A DNA stretch of 64,000 nt from an uncultured Chloroflexia bacterium (GCA_963713975.1 OY970218.1:1600001-1664000), one strand, 5' to 3'; counted from the first letter of the stretch, positions 38,201-47,959 are shown. Notes: a model not told the origin generated them from the sequence alone. Translations and numbers: made by a program.

Positions 38201-38463
38201 CGGGACCGGTGCCGACCCCCAGGACCGCCGGCGGCATGAACACGTTCGGGCTCTCGAAGCGCGAGCTCGAGGTGCTGGGGCTCATCGCCCAGGGCCGGAC
38301 CAACCGGGAGATCGGGGACCGCCTGTTCATCAGCCAGAAGACAGTGGGCGTGCACGTCGGCAACATCCTCGCCAAGCTCGGCGTGTCCGGCCGGGTCGAG
38401 GCGGCGGCCGTCGCGATCAGGCTGGGTCTCGAGACGGGCGCTGCTCCGCCCCGTGGCCGCTGA
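35233..38463 (+). CDS. Large ATP-binding LuxR-family (LAL/MalT-like) transcriptional regulator
   Basis: FVGREPEL, GSAGIGVTRL, LVLEDLHVAD, TPR-like region, C-terminal LSKRELEVL...TNREIGDRLFISQKTVGVHV. Confidence 0.92.
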   Translation: MPGTVTSHRFVGREPELARIRDALASADAGAATTVIVAGSAGIGVTRLLDEAMERAAAAPSSPLILRGRCHGPADPPWAAVLEALEPALASRPPAEVRALLRRDAGPILRQLPWVAALGDDHPGPRESALADPERRQPRAMAVLLRWLDRLALERPVVLVLEDLHVADASTRAFATFVARIAREERIALVLSYQPDRLTRDHPLRDSLAVIEGGLRRPVLVELAPFARREVAGLIEAIEGERPSASIVVLVAERSAGSPLVMEELIAARRELRTATLTGTLADIVAARLARRSPECRRLLRLLAPAERPISDEELAVAAMALREEGNARGRAGLAPLPRRGTYGLEPALAAGLAEAIEHGFVRREANDRLVIRHELVGRAIVADLLPSQTPCYRAALARAFADVPAVAAACWYSAHRMDEAREAAIAAARLAMRLEAPQDALSVLELGLELPDPAASAEDDTDGRGAADPAELARLAAEAAYAAMRPTRAIAYAESALEMLGGRGDRMQQAVLEARLGRYRMVSGDPTGATAALRRAADLAPREPSVERARILALLAQERMIAAAFRDAEHAADEALLVTTEVGVEAEPEAIHAMTTLAVVRGWGDDPESALPILRDAVARARAAGLVEEWWRAIANMAVILELLGRPGEAVDVTFEGMAEARELDLDAVYGNLLGGNVAGILVDVGRWTEARELSLRALDWSPAGIPFVNAILNLVIVEIESEAGEEAGRLLGQILVELETGGDIQFAIPAYQATASYAMWSGDLADARRAVDRGWTRLRGTEDWVTVARMAATAMEVEAAIVADALERRRIGDVAASRERAGRILGEAEAAVARARSEDGTGTGEPEASLATARAFHSRLTGRDDPARWADVADRWHVIGDPYREARARWRQAESIMGGAIAGRGGARDRTDARLVRADAREPLLAAVALAMGLGARPLLRRLRELAGRALIPLPPEVDVVLERPAVVAVDPRSQVMHGPVPDAGPVAGPVPTPRTAGGMNTFGLSKRELEVLGLIAQGRTNREIGDRLFISQKTVGVHVGNILAKLGVSGRVEAAAVAIRLGLETGAAPPRGR

Positions 38464-38549
38464 GCGGGACGCCAGTCCACGTCGACGGCAGCACCAGCGC
38501 GCATTGGGTACAGTCCCTCCGTTCCGCTGCCCTAACACCCGAGGACTTC

Positions 38550-39038
38550 ATGCGCCGCCTTCTGCTCGCGCTCGCCATCGCATCGACCGCCCTGCTCGCC
38601 GCCTGCTCGGCGGCAACCGGTCCCGAATGGACGTATGCCCCGCCCACGGCGCCGCCCGCCGTCACGCCCGCGCCGTCGGCAGATGCGTCGGCCGCACCTT
38701 CCGAGGCTCCGTCGGCCGCACCGTCTGACGGCGGCGGGGACGGAGGCGCCTCCGGCGGCACGGTCGTCGACATCTCGGCCCTCAACATCGCCTTCGAGCA
38801 GACGGAGGTCAGCGCGCCCGCAGGCGTTCCCTTCGTCATCCGCTTCGACAACAAGGACGCCGGGATCCCCCACAACGTGGAGATCAAGGACCCGATGGGC
38901 ATGGTCGTGTTCAAGGGCGACATCGTGAATGGCGTGACGCAGGTGGAGTACCCGATCCCGGCCTTGGCCGCAGGGACCTACCCCTTCATCTGCACAGTGC
39001 ACCCCAACATGATCGGCACCCTCACGGTCGGCGGTTGA
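38550..39038 (+). CDS. Cupredoxin (plastocyanin-like) lipoprotein
   Basis: Lipobox LAAC; type-1 Cu ligands PHN...CTVHPNM. Confidence 0.9.
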   Translation: MRRLLLALAIASTALLAACSAATGPEWTYAPPTAPPAVTPAPSADASAAPSEAPSAAPSDGGGDGGASGGTVVDISALNIAFEQTEVSAPAGVPFVIRFDNKDAGIPHNVEIKDPMGMVVFKGDIVNGVTQVEYPIPALAAGTYPFICTVHPNMIGTLTVGG

Positions 39039-39054
39039 ACGCGGCGGCGCCACG

Positions 39055-39810
39055 GTGACCGCCCGGGTCGACGAGGTCTGCTACCGCGACGCCTATGCGC
39101 GCCGGAGCGAGGCACGCGTCCTGGATGTCACCGCGCTCGACGGGTCGCCGCTGGTCGTGCTGGACACGACGCAGTTCTACCCCGGGGGCGGCGGCCAGCC
39201 GTCGGATCGAGGGCTGATCCTGCGTGCGGCCGACGGGCGCTCCTGGACCGTGCGCGCTGCGCGGCGGCTGGGCGGTGAGATCGTCCACGAGCTCGAGGCC
39301 CCGTCGGATGGCGAACTGCCGGCTGCGGGCGACCGTGTGCAGGTGGACGTGGAGTGGGCCCGCCGGTATGCGCTCATGCGCACCCACACGGCCCTCCACG
39401 CGCTGTGCGGCGTGGTCTGGCGCGACTACGCGGCCCTCGTCACGGGTGGCAACATGGAACCCGGGTCGGGACGCATGGACTTCGAGTTCGAGACGATGTC
39501 CGGCGACCTCGTGGACGAGATCGAGGCCAAGGTCAACGAGGAGCTGCGATCCGCCCGCGATGTCCTGGTCAACGTGCTCCCGCGTGACGAGGCCTTCGCC
39601 ATCCCGGACCTGATCCGGACAAAGGTCAACCTCCTGCCGCCCGGGATCGAGCAGATCCGGACCATCGAGATCGTCGGGCTTGACCTCCAGGCGGACGGGG
39701 GCACGCACGTCGCGAACACGCGGGAGGTCGGTGGCATCCGGGTCACGGGCTACGAGTCCAAGGGTCGGATCAACAAGCGGATCCGCCTGGGGTTGGTCGA
39801 CCCCGTCTGA
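39055..39810 (+). CDS. alaX: Alanyl-tRNA editing protein AlaX
   Basis: FYPGGGGQPSD, MRTHTALH, DLQADGGTHV. Confidence 0.92.
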   Translation: MTARVDEVCYRDAYARRSEARVLDVTALDGSPLVVLDTTQFYPGGGGQPSDRGLILRAADGRSWTVRAARRLGGEIVHELEAPSDGELPAAGDRVQVDVEWARRYALMRTHTALHALCGVVWRDYAALVTGGNMEPGSGRMDFEFETMSGDLVDEIEAKVNEELRSARDVLVNVLPRDEAFAIPDLIRTKVNLLPPGIEQIRTIEIVGLDLQADGGTHVANTREVGGIRVTGYESKGRINKRIRLGLVDPV

Positions 39811-39962
39811 AGTGGCCGGGGGGTTGCTGTCCTTCGATTCGGCCGGTGCAGCGGTCGGATCGGCCCTTGGCGTGGCGCCTCGGACCGTGGAGACTGGCCG
39901 TCGGGTGTCCCGGGAGGCAGATGATGACCGGAGACGGTGCGGGCTCGGGCGGGACCGGCGAC

Positions 39963-41132
39963 ATGGACCGCGAGGTCGAACGGCTGAGCAGCGACCTGCT
40001 GGACCGCCGCGTGCCGAGCGCGGACGCGCCGACGTCGCCCGCCGCACCCGCCACACCACCCCCCGCCACACCTGCGGCACCGCCGGTTGACGTGGTCCTC
40101 GAGGGGCTCGAAGACATCTCCGCGGACCTGGAGGGACTGGCCGCGGTCACGCGACCCACTTCGACGGCGGCGTCCGCCGCGGGAGCGTCCACCCAGCGGG
40201 CCGTGGACAGCGTGGTGGCGAGCATCACCGGGACGCAGCCTGGACCAGGCACGGTGGGGCCCGCCGGAAACGTTTCGGCAGACGGCCTCCGGACCGTGGC
40301 GGCGATGACCGCCAACGCGCCTGCCGTTCTCGCCGAACCCCTCGATGCAGACGCCTCCTTCTGGCAACGCCACGACCGCAACGTCGCCATGGCCGGTATC
40401 GCCATCGTCGCCATGGCCGTGTTCATCGCCGCGCTGCTGGCGCTCCAGGGGGATGGTGGGGCGCCCGGGAACCCTGCCGACCCGGCAGCGCTTGCGCAAG
40501 CATCGGCTGTATTGCCCGCTGATCCGTCTGTCGTGGACACGTCGCCGGTCGACCCGTCGCCCGTGGGCCCATCGCCCGTCGCGCCGTCGGACGAGCCGAC
40601 CCTCGAGCCTATCCCCACCCCCGAGCCGACCCCCATACCCTCGCCAGCACCGGGCAACGTCACAATCCGTGGGCCGATCGACGCCTCCGAGGTGTCGTGG
40701 GTCGACCTGAGGGTTGGTACCCACGAGGTGCTCCTGTCCTTCGACTCGAAGGGAGGTCCTGTGTCGGGTACGTTCACCATCGAGATCAAGGAATTCCCGA
40801 TCGGCTCGCTCCTCACCGCCACCTTCGATGGCGAGAAGGACCCGGACTACGACGCGTTCAAGAAGTGCACCGTCACGATGGCCCTGGTGGGGCAGGCGAA
40901 CGGCACGTATGACGCCGCCACGGGCAAGATGTCCGGCAAAGCCGCCTTCAAGGCTGCCGCGGACGACGTGGACGATTGCCTCAAGACCCGGCCGTCCAAC
41001 ATCTCGATCGACCCGGACAAGGTCGCCAAGCCGACGAGCGTCAAGTGGCGGGCGAAGTTCAACGGCACCCGGGCCACCGGCAGCCTTGACATGGAGCCCG
41101 TGATGGACTTCAGCGCAACGATCGAGGACTGA
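39963..41132 (+). CDS. Hypothetical single-pass membrane protein with Pro-rich linker and extracellular beta-domain
   Basis: Low-complexity N-terminus, one TM (VAMAGIAIVAMAVFIAALLAL), PTPEP linker, Cys pair in the C-terminal domain; start uncertain. Confidence 0.7.
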   Translation: MDREVERLSSDLLDRRVPSADAPTSPAAPATPPPATPAAPPVDVVLEGLEDISADLEGLAAVTRPTSTAASAAGASTQRAVDSVVASITGTQPGPGTVGPAGNVSADGLRTVAAMTANAPAVLAEPLDADASFWQRHDRNVAMAGIAIVAMAVFIAALLALQGDGGAPGNPADPAALAQASAVLPADPSVVDTSPVDPSPVGPSPVAPSDEPTLEPIPTPEPTPIPSPAPGNVTIRGPIDASEVSWVDLRVGTHEVLLSFDSKGGPVSGTFTIEIKEFPIGSLLTATFDGEKDPDYDAFKKCTVTMALVGQANGTYDAATGKMSGKAAFKAAADDVDDCLKTRPSNISIDPDKVAKPTSVKWRAKFNGTRATGSLDMEPVMDFSATIED

Positions 41133-41195
41133 AGCGGGGCTACGACCGTCCACCCCGCGTGCCACCCCGGAGCCCGGACGCGGCATCATGTCGCG

Positions 41196-42959
41196 ATGCC
41201 GACCTTCGACGACGCCCTCCACTCCATCGACGTCCGCTTTGTCCGTCTCCGGGACGAGTCTCAGATCCCCGGCGTGGCCTGGGGCGTGATCCGCGGCAGC
41301 GTGCTGGTCCACGCCGGTGGGTCGGGGGTCACCCGTCTCGGCGACGACCGTGCGCCGGACGCCGACACCGTGTTCCGGATCGCGTCGATGACCAAGTCCT
41401 TCACGGCCGCGACGATCCTGCTCCTGCGCGACGAGGGCCGTCTCGGCTTGGACGAGCCCGTGGCGACGTACGTCCCCGAGCTCGGGACGTGGCGCCCACC
41501 GACGACGGACGGCGCACCCGTGACCGTGCGCCAGCTGCTCACGATGTCGGCGGGCCTGGCCACCGACGATCCGTGGGGCGACCGCCAGCAGGGACTGCCG
41601 CTGGATGCCTTCGCGGAGCTGCTCGGGTCTGGCCCGGCATTCGCCTGGCCACCCGGAACCACATTCGACTACTCCAACCTTGGCTACGGAATCCTCGGGA
41701 GGGTGATCACCAACGTGGCCGGCCGGGAGTACCGGGAGGTCGTGCAGGACCGGATCCTCGCGCCATTGGGCATGACCGCGACGGCCTACCTGGCCGAGGA
41801 TGTCCCGGAGGCCCGGCTGGCACACGGATATGTCCGCCGCGATGCGACCCTCGTGCGCGAGGGAACGGACGGCTACGGTGCCCTGGCATCCATGGGCGGG
41901 ATCTTCTCGTCCGTGGAGGATCTCGCGCGGTGGGTCGCCGGACTTGCCGATGCGTTTCCCGCCCGTGACGACCCGGAGGGCGGCCACCCGCTCAGTCGCG
42001 CCACGCGGCGCGAGATGCAGCAGGTGCAGCGCGCGTTCGGCACCGTCGTGGCAGCCCACGCTCCCGATACAGAGCCGGCAGTGGAGACCGGCGGCTACGG
42101 GTTCGGCCTCTTTGTCCACCGGGACCTGGACCTCGGGACCGTGGTGAGCCATTCCGGCGGCTACCCGGGCTTTGGCTCCCACATGGCGTGGCATCCCGGA
42201 ACCGGGCTCGGCGTCATCGCCCTCGGGAACCTGAGGTATGCCCCCGTCCGCCCGGTCGCGACCGAGATGCTGGCGATGCTCGTCAGATCAGACGCCGTTC
42301 CGCGCCGCGCGGTGGTGACCACGCCGGCGGTCGAGGCGCTTCGCCCACTTGTCGAAGGGCTGCTCCGGCACTGGGACGACGGGATCGCGGACGCCACCTT
42401 CGCCATGAACATGGATCTCGACGAGCCGCGCGATCTGCGGCGAGCGGAGGTTGAGAAGATCGCCGCCGAGCTGGGCCCGTTCCACCCGGACCCGGGGCGG
42501 TCGTCACGATCAGCGTCGCCCGCGGACCTCACCTGGTGGCTGCGCGGCGAGCGCGGCTGGGTGCGTGCATCGATCCTCGTGACACCGGAGCCGGTGTCGC
42601 GCCTCCAGCGGCTGGCCCTCCGGGCGGTGGGCGATCCGTCGCCGGCCATGCTTGGTACGGCGGAGCGAGTCATTGCGCTGGCTGCCGATCCTGCACCGGT
42701 GTGGCCATCCGACCTGATCGTCAGCGAGACGGTGGACCCGGCGGCCGTGGTGTCGTCCCTCCGGGCCGCCGGTGCCCGCTTTGGGGTGTTGCGGCTCGGC
42801 CTGCCGATCGACGGCGACGGATCGGGATCGTCCACGTTCGAGATCGAGGGCGAGCGGGGACGCCTCGAGCTCAAGGTCGTGATCGACCCGGCGTCGGGCG
42901 TCCTGACGTTGCTGACGCTCCTCGTGCCCGCCCGGGAGACTCCTGCCGAGGCCTGGTGA
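41196..42959 (+). CDS. Serine hydrolase (class C beta-lactamase-like) with C-terminal extension
   Basis: SMTK (SxxK), YSN, HSGG. Confidence 0.92.
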   Translation: MPTFDDALHSIDVRFVRLRDESQIPGVAWGVIRGSVLVHAGGSGVTRLGDDRAPDADTVFRIASMTKSFTAATILLLRDEGRLGLDEPVATYVPELGTWRPPTTDGAPVTVRQLLTMSAGLATDDPWGDRQQGLPLDAFAELLGSGPAFAWPPGTTFDYSNLGYGILGRVITNVAGREYREVVQDRILAPLGMTATAYLAEDVPEARLAHGYVRRDATLVREGTDGYGALASMGGIFSSVEDLARWVAGLADAFPARDDPEGGHPLSRATRREMQQVQRAFGTVVAAHAPDTEPAVETGGYGFGLFVHRDLDLGTVVSHSGGYPGFGSHMAWHPGTGLGVIALGNLRYAPVRPVATEMLAMLVRSDAVPRRAVVTTPAVEALRPLVEGLLRHWDDGIADATFAMNMDLDEPRDLRRAEVEKIAAELGPFHPDPGRSSRSASPADLTWWLRGERGWVRASILVTPEPVSRLQRLALRAVGDPSPAMLGTAERVIALAADPAPVWPSDLIVSETVDPAAVVSSLRAAGARFGVLRLGLPIDGDGSGSSTFEIEGERGRLELKVVIDPASGVLTLLTLLVPARETPAEAW

Positions 42960-42966
42960 GTCGCCG

Positions 42967-43917
42967 TCAGGCGACAGGCGTCCCCGGCGGGAGATCGAAC
43001 AGCGCCGGGTCGGCCTGGTGGGCCCGGAGCAGGGTGAAGATGAACCCCATCCGCTCCTGGTACGACTCCCAGTCGGGCGCGTCGCTGTCGATGGCGGACG
43101 TCAGGTCCTGCCCGAAACGCACGGCCAGTGCCAGTGCCTCTTCGTCCGCCAGGGTCATGAGGTCGGGCGGGAACGGCAGGCCGCCCAGGTAGGCGGGCGG
43201 CGGAACATCCCGATCCAGCTCCAGGACGCCCTCCGGGATGTGGATCCCCATGTGACTCGTGGCGGCGATGGCGACGATCCACCGGCCGGGGATTGCTGCC
43301 CGCACATAGGGGTCTGCAATCACCTGTTCGTGGGCTCCGATCGACACGTTGGCCACGAAGATGCGCTGGGCGCGGCGCCCTGAGGCGTCAGGTGAGGCCC
43401 GGCCCGGTCCCCGCTCCAGCACCAGGGCGTCCGCGTACGCTGTGAACGCCCGGATGAGGTCCGGGCTCGAGGCGAGCTGGGGATGGGCGCACAGTGTCGC
43501 CAGGGCGTCGCGGACGGCATCCGGATCCAGAGGGATCGCCGCCAATGGCGCCATGGCACGCACGAACCGGACGAACGGCGGCGCGACGTCGCGGAAGATC
43601 GCGGCGTTGCCGTCGGCAACGGCCCGGGTCACGCCGTCGCCCAAGAGGCGCCGCAGGGGTGCGGGCACCGCCTCCGCCGAGATCGACCGGCGTGCCTCCG
43701 CGCTCGCCCATTGCCCGAACGTGAGCCAGTTGGCCTGGTCCCGGCCAAGGATCGTCGCCATCGCCTCGGACAGGGCGTGGTACCCGCGGGTGATCGCGGC
43801 GTTCCGTTCGAGCGGGTCCGCGATCCCCACCGCCCACTCGACCGTACCGGCCTCCAGGTAGGACGTGGCGAGCGGGTCGCCGTCGGGCTCCGGTGCGACG
43901 CCCATCCCTACCGCCAC
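42967..43917 (-). CDS. Hypothetical helical protein (DUF2515-like)
   Basis: RNAAITRGY...ANWLTFGQWAS...GNAAIF...HEQ...WESYQERM; overlaps the upstream NTPase stop. Confidence 0.7.
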   Translation of the reverse strand: MAVGMGVAPEPDGDPLATSYLEAGTVEWAVGIADPLERNAAITRGYHALSEAMATILGRDQANWLTFGQWASAEARRSISAEAVPAPLRRLLGDGVTRAVADGNAAIFRDVAPPFVRFVRAMAPLAAIPLDPDAVRDALATLCAHPQLASSPDLIRAFTAYADALVLERGPGRASPDASGRRAQRIFVANVSIGAHEQVIADPYVRAAIPGRWIVAIAATSHMGIHIPEGVLELDRDVPPPAYLGGLPFPPDLMTLADEEALALAVRFGQDLTSAIDSDAPDWESYQERMGFIFTLLRAHQADPALFDLPPGTPVA

Positions 43918-44549
43918 AGATCGGGTGCGGTGACGGTCGCTCCGGTGACCTCAGCAAGCCGCTCCAGAACCCCGAACCAGTCGAAGCGGCTCGTGATCCC
44001 TGAGGCCCGGAGCGTGACCAGCCGCCCGTCGGGCACCAAGTCGGGCAGGACGCGGTCGAGGATGGCCTCGATCTCGTCGCGGAAGGCGTCGCTCGTGGAC
44101 CTGACGCCGTCGGCCTGGAGGGCCACGTCCGGGAGCAGGCGGACGACCAGGTCGTAGGTCTGTGACCAGCGGCGGACGAGGGGCCCGGCGTCGAAGGCAT
44201 CGGTGCCGCCGCACGACCGCAGGTAGTAGGCGTAGTTGTCCATCACGCCGCGATCCGTGACCAGGACATCCGCCTTGCGGGCCAGCTCCAGCTCCTGGCG
44301 GATCTGCGTGACCAGCACCCACAGCTGCGCCTCGCCGGTGGCGCCCTCGTTGATCCCCAGGGGGTTGTCGCGCACGACCTCACGGCCCAGCTCCACCGAT
44401 CGGCCGGCTCTCTGGACCTCTGCGGCGAACGCGAGCAGCGCGCTCGTCTTGCGGATTCCATGGGAGCCGATGAACGAGATCTTGACCGGACGCGGCCAAG
44501 GGGCGGGCGCGAACGGTGCGGCTGGGGGCAGCTTGGGCTTCCGGGGCAT
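43908..44549 (-). CDS. P-loop NTPase (AAA_28/NadR-like nucleotide kinase fold)
   Basis: ISFIGSHGIRKTS, VTDRGVMDNYAY, YDLVV, DGVRSTS. Confidence 0.85.
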   Translation of the reverse strand: MPRKPKLPPAAPFAPAPWPRPVKISFIGSHGIRKTSALLAFAAEVQRAGRSVELGREVVRDNPLGINEGATGEAQLWVLVTQIRQELELARKADVLVTDRGVMDNYAYYLRSCGGTDAFDAGPLVRRWSQTYDLVVRLLPDVALQADGVRSTSDAFRDEIEAILDRVLPDLVPDGRLVTLRASGITSRFDWFGVLERLAEVTGATVTAPDLWR

Positions 44550-44774
44550 GAGACCAGCGTATGCCCGAAGTCGACGCCGCGTGGGCGATGCCGGCGGTCC
44601 GCTACCCCGCCCAGGCGCCCCGACCCACGTGCGCGGGACGCACGGATTCTGGTGCCTGATGCCGCGGCCGTGCGCGCTCTGCACGGCGAAGATGCTCTCG
44701 GAGGTCATCCGGGACCAGCGTCGGTCGTCGTCGTGCGCGACACGCACGCTGAGGTCAGCCGCGGACGAATGGGT

Positions 44775-44824
44775 GCTTCGCGCCCACGGCGTCGGGCAGC
44801 TTCGCGCCCACGGCGTCGGGCAGC
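44775..44824. repeat. 24-bp perfect tandem duplication in an intergenic region
   Basis: GCTTCGCGCCCACGGCGTCGGGCA x2, followed by degenerate CACGGCGTC copies. Confidence 0.85.
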
Positions 44825-44910
44825 GCCGACACGCACGGCGTCAGACCCACGGAATCCAGCGGCCCCGGCGTCGCCGCCGGGGCCGCTGTGAATGTGCGAG
44901 GAACCAGGCG

Positions 44911-46338
44911 CTAGAGCGCCTTCACCGCGCTGATCAGCTCGGTCAGGCCCGCCTTCGCATCCGCGAACAGCATCCCGGTCTTGGGGTTCGTGTAGAGCTC
45001 GTTGTCGATGCCCGCGTACCCGCGCCCCATCGAGCGCTTCATCACGATGATGTTCCTGGCGTGGTCCACGTCCAGGATCGGCATGCCCGACACGGGCGAG
45101 CCCGGGCGGCGGGCCGCCGGGTTCGTGACGTCGTTGGCACCGATGACCAGGGCCACGTCACAGCGGTCGAACTCCGGGTTGACGTCCTCCATCTCCTTGA
45201 GCTGGGGATAGGGGACGTTGGCCTCCGCCAGGAGTACGTTCATGTGCCCCGGCATGCGGCCGGCCACCGGGTGGATCGCATAGCTGACGCTGACGCCCCG
45301 CGACTCCAGGAGCTCCGCAAGCTCGCGCACGCCGTGCTGGGCCTGGGCGACCGCAAGGCCGTAGCCCGGGACCACGATGACGGAGGACGCGTAGGCCAGC
45401 TGGATCGCCGCGTCGTCCATGGACACCTCGCGGACGGAGCCGCCGGGTCCATCGACGGCTGCCTCGGAGCTGTCGCCACCGCCGAACCCACCGAGCATGA
45501 TGTTCATGACGGAGCGATTCATGGCGTCGGCCATAAGCTTGGTCAGGATCGCGCCGGAGGCGCCAACGAGGGCACCGGCGATGATCAGCAGCGGGTTGTT
45601 CAGGACGAAGCCTGCCATCGCGACTGCGGTGCCCGTGAACGAGTTGAGCAGGCTGATCACGACCGGCATGTCGGCGCCGCCGATGGGCAGCGTCATCGTG
45701 ACCCCGAAGACCAGGGCCGCGGCGAGGATCGCGATCATCACGGCCAGGCTGTAGTTGCCGGCGAACAGGTACAGGGCACCTGCCACCACGACGAAGGCCA
45801 GGGCTGCCGTCACCAGTCGCCCGCCCGGGATCATCACCGGCCGTGACGGGGTGATCTTGAGGCCCATCAGCTTCCCGGACGCGATCAGCGAACCGGTGAA
45901 GGTGACCGAGCCGATCACGATGTCGAGCACGGTGGCAACGTTGTACTGGAGCCCTGGGGTGCCTGCGTGGCGCAGGTACTCGTCGATGGCGATGAGGGCG
46001 GCCGCGCCGCCACCGACCGCGTTGAACAGCGATACCAACTGTGGCATCGCGGTCATCTTCACTGTGCGGGCGGAGTAGAGGCCGTAGCCACCACCCACGG
46101 CGATGCCGAGGAGGATGAGCACCCACCCGATGGGGTTGAACGAACCTGTCGGCGGCAGCACCAGCAGCCAGAACGCGGTGGCGGCGATGGCGAGGGCCAT
46201 GCCGCCCGCGGAGATGAGGTTGCCCTGGCGGGCCGTGGCGGGTGAGTTCATGCGGCTGAGGCCGATCACGAACGCTACGGCGCTGGCGAGCCAGACGAGG
46301 CGGACGATGGGATCGATGACGGCGGCGTCCATGGTCAC
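44911..46338 (-). CDS. pntB: NAD(P) transhydrogenase subunit beta
   Basis: MTAMPQLVSLFN, IGGADMPVVISLLNS, VPGYGLAVAQAQH, HPVAGRMPGHMNVLLAEA. Confidence 0.97.
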   Translation of the reverse strand: MTMDAAVIDPIVRLVWLASAVAFVIGLSRMNSPATARQGNLISAGGMALAIAATAFWLLVLPPTGSFNPIGWVLILLGIAVGGGYGLYSARTVKMTAMPQLVSLFNAVGGGAAALIAIDEYLRHAGTPGLQYNVATVLDIVIGSVTFTGSLIASGKLMGLKITPSRPVMIPGGRLVTAALAFVVVAGALYLFAGNYSLAVMIAILAAALVFGVTMTLPIGGADMPVVISLLNSFTGTAVAMAGFVLNNPLLIIAGALVGASGAILTKLMADAMNRSVMNIMLGGFGGGDSSEAAVDGPGGSVREVSMDDAAIQLAYASSVIVVPGYGLAVAQAQHGVRELAELLESRGVSVSYAIHPVAGRMPGHMNVLLAEANVPYPQLKEMEDVNPEFDRCDVALVIGANDVTNPAARRPGSPVSGMPILDVDHARNIIVMKRSMGRGYAGIDNELYTNPKTGMLFADAKAGLTELISAVKAL

Positions 46339-46340
46339 GG

Positions 46341-46649
46341 CTAGCCCTCCGCCTCGTCGGCCTTGGGTGTCGCCGGCTTGCGCCGGAACATCTGGAGCAT
46401 CCGGTCGGTGACGACGTAGCCGCCGACGACGTTGAGGGACGCGAACGCGACGGCCAGGAACGACAGGACGTAGGCCACCGGGTTGTCGGCCGTGACCGCG
46501 ATGATCATGGCGCCCACGAGCACGATCCCGTGGATCGAGTTGGCGCCCGACATCAGCGGCGTGTGGAGGGTCGCCGGGACCTTGGAGATGACCGCGATCC
46601 CGCACAGGATCGCGAGCACGAAGATCGTGAATGCGAGGTCGATGTTCAT
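46341..46649 (-). CDS. pntAB: NAD(P) transhydrogenase subunit alpha, membrane part
   Basis: KVPATLHTPLMSGANSIHG, GGYVVTDRMLQMF. Confidence 0.95.
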   Translation of the reverse strand: MNIDLAFTIFVLAILCGIAVISKVPATLHTPLMSGANSIHGIVLVGAMIIAVTADNPVAYVLSFLAVAFASLNVVGGYVVTDRMLQMFRRKPATPKADEAEG

Positions 46650-47803
46650 GCGCTGCCTCCGGCCGGGGCCAGGAGCTTCTGGACGGGCTCAGACACGACC
46701 GCACCGGCGTGGGTGATCACGGTCGCCTTGGTGACCTCCTCCTCGAAATCGAGGTTGAGGCTTCCGTCCTTGACCATGTTCAGGAGCAGGGACGAGATGT
46801 TGCGGGCGTAGAACTGGCTTGCCGACAGCGGCATCGAGGCGGGCAGGTTCTCCGGGGCGACGATCGTGACGCCGTTGGCGCTGGCCACCGTCTCGCCGGC
46901 CACCGACAGCTCGCAGTTGCCGCCCAGGTCGCTGGCTGCCATGTCCACGATCACGGACCCGGGGCGCATCGCGCCGACCGCATCCGCGGTCACGAGGACC
47001 GGCGGCTTCCGTCCGGGCACCTGGGCCGTGGTGATCACCACGTCCTGGCTGGCGATGACCTCGTTGAGCTCGGCCTGCTGTGCCGCTCGCTCATCCGCGG
47101 TCAGCTCGCGGGCATAGCCGCCGGCTCCCGTGGCGTCGATCGAGGTCTTGAGCTTGACGAACTTGGCGCCGAGGCTCTGGGCCTGCTCGGCGGTCTCGGG
47201 GCGCACGTCGTAGGCGGCGACGACGGCACCCAGCCGGCGCGCGGTGCCGATGGCCTGGAGGCCGGCGACGCCGATGCCCAGGATCAGGACATTCGCGGGC
47301 TTCGCCGTCCCGGCGGCCGTCGTCAGCATCGGGAAATAGCGCCCGTACGTGTTCGCGGCGATCAGGACGGCCTTGTAGCCGGCCGTGTTTGCCTGCGAGG
47401 ACAGGGCGTCCATCGTCTGGGCCCGGGACAGCGTCCGCGGGATGGCATCCAGGCTGATCGCGGTGACGCCGGCGGAGGCCAGCGTCTGCATCAGGACCGG
47501 GTCGAGAAGCGGCGTGAGGAGCCCCACGACAGCCTGACCCGGTCGCAGCCGGGCAGCCTCAGCAGCATCCGGCTTCTGGACGCGGAGGATGACGTCGCAG
47601 GCGGCATACAGGTCCGGGGCGCTCACGATCGTCGCACCGGCGTCGACAAACGCCTGGTCCGGGATCATGGCGCCGGCGCCGGCACCGACCTCGACGAGGA
47701 TCTCGAGCCCGGCCGCTGTCAGCTTGCCGAGCCCCTCGGGCACCAGGGCGACGCGCCGCTCTCCGTGCGCGGTCTCCCCGGCGACGCCGACCTTCATGGG
47801 CAT
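46646..47803 (-). CDS. pntAA: NAD(P) transhydrogenase subunit alpha, soluble NAD-binding part
   Basis: GERRVALVP, RAQTMDALSSQAN, GIGVAGLQAI, GGNCE. Confidence 0.96.
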   Translation of the reverse strand: MPMKVGVAGETAHGERRVALVPEGLGKLTAAGLEILVEVGAGAGAMIPDQAFVDAGATIVSAPDLYAACDVILRVQKPDAAEAARLRPGQAVVGLLTPLLDPVLMQTLASAGVTAISLDAIPRTLSRAQTMDALSSQANTAGYKAVLIAANTYGRYFPMLTTAAGTAKPANVLILGIGVAGLQAIGTARRLGAVVAAYDVRPETAEQAQSLGAKFVKLKTSIDATGAGGYARELTADERAAQQAELNEVIASQDVVITTAQVPGRKPPVLVTADAVGAMRPGSVIVDMAASDLGGNCELSVAGETVASANGVTIVAPENLPASMPLSASQFYARNISSLLLNMVKDGSLNLDFEEEVTKATVITHAGAVVSEPVQKLLAPAGGSA

Positions 47804-47959
47804 CACCATTCGTAAGGGACACAGGGGGTGGATCGGGGAAGTCTACCGGAGCAACCGATCCGGGACCGTTGCGAGCGGGTTTCGGGCCCGGTGCGGGCGC
47901 GGGTCAGCCGCAACCGCCGCGCGACGCGGCACGATGGTGGCCTCGGGACCGAGCCTTCG

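Noticed and set aside
39670-39715. AlaX with DGGTH instead of CGGTH
   Set aside because: A variant I recall as common in this AlaX subgroup; not distinctive
41196-42959. Beta-lactamase resistance gene
   Set aside because: No signal peptide and a long C-terminal extension; typical of generic cytoplasmic serine hydrolases
44775-44850. 24-bp direct repeats as a possible CRISPR array
   Set aside because: The copies abut with no spacers, only two are exact, and there are no cas genes
44911-47809. Split pntA (three-gene transhydrogenase)
   Set aside because: A well-known arrangement in many bacteria
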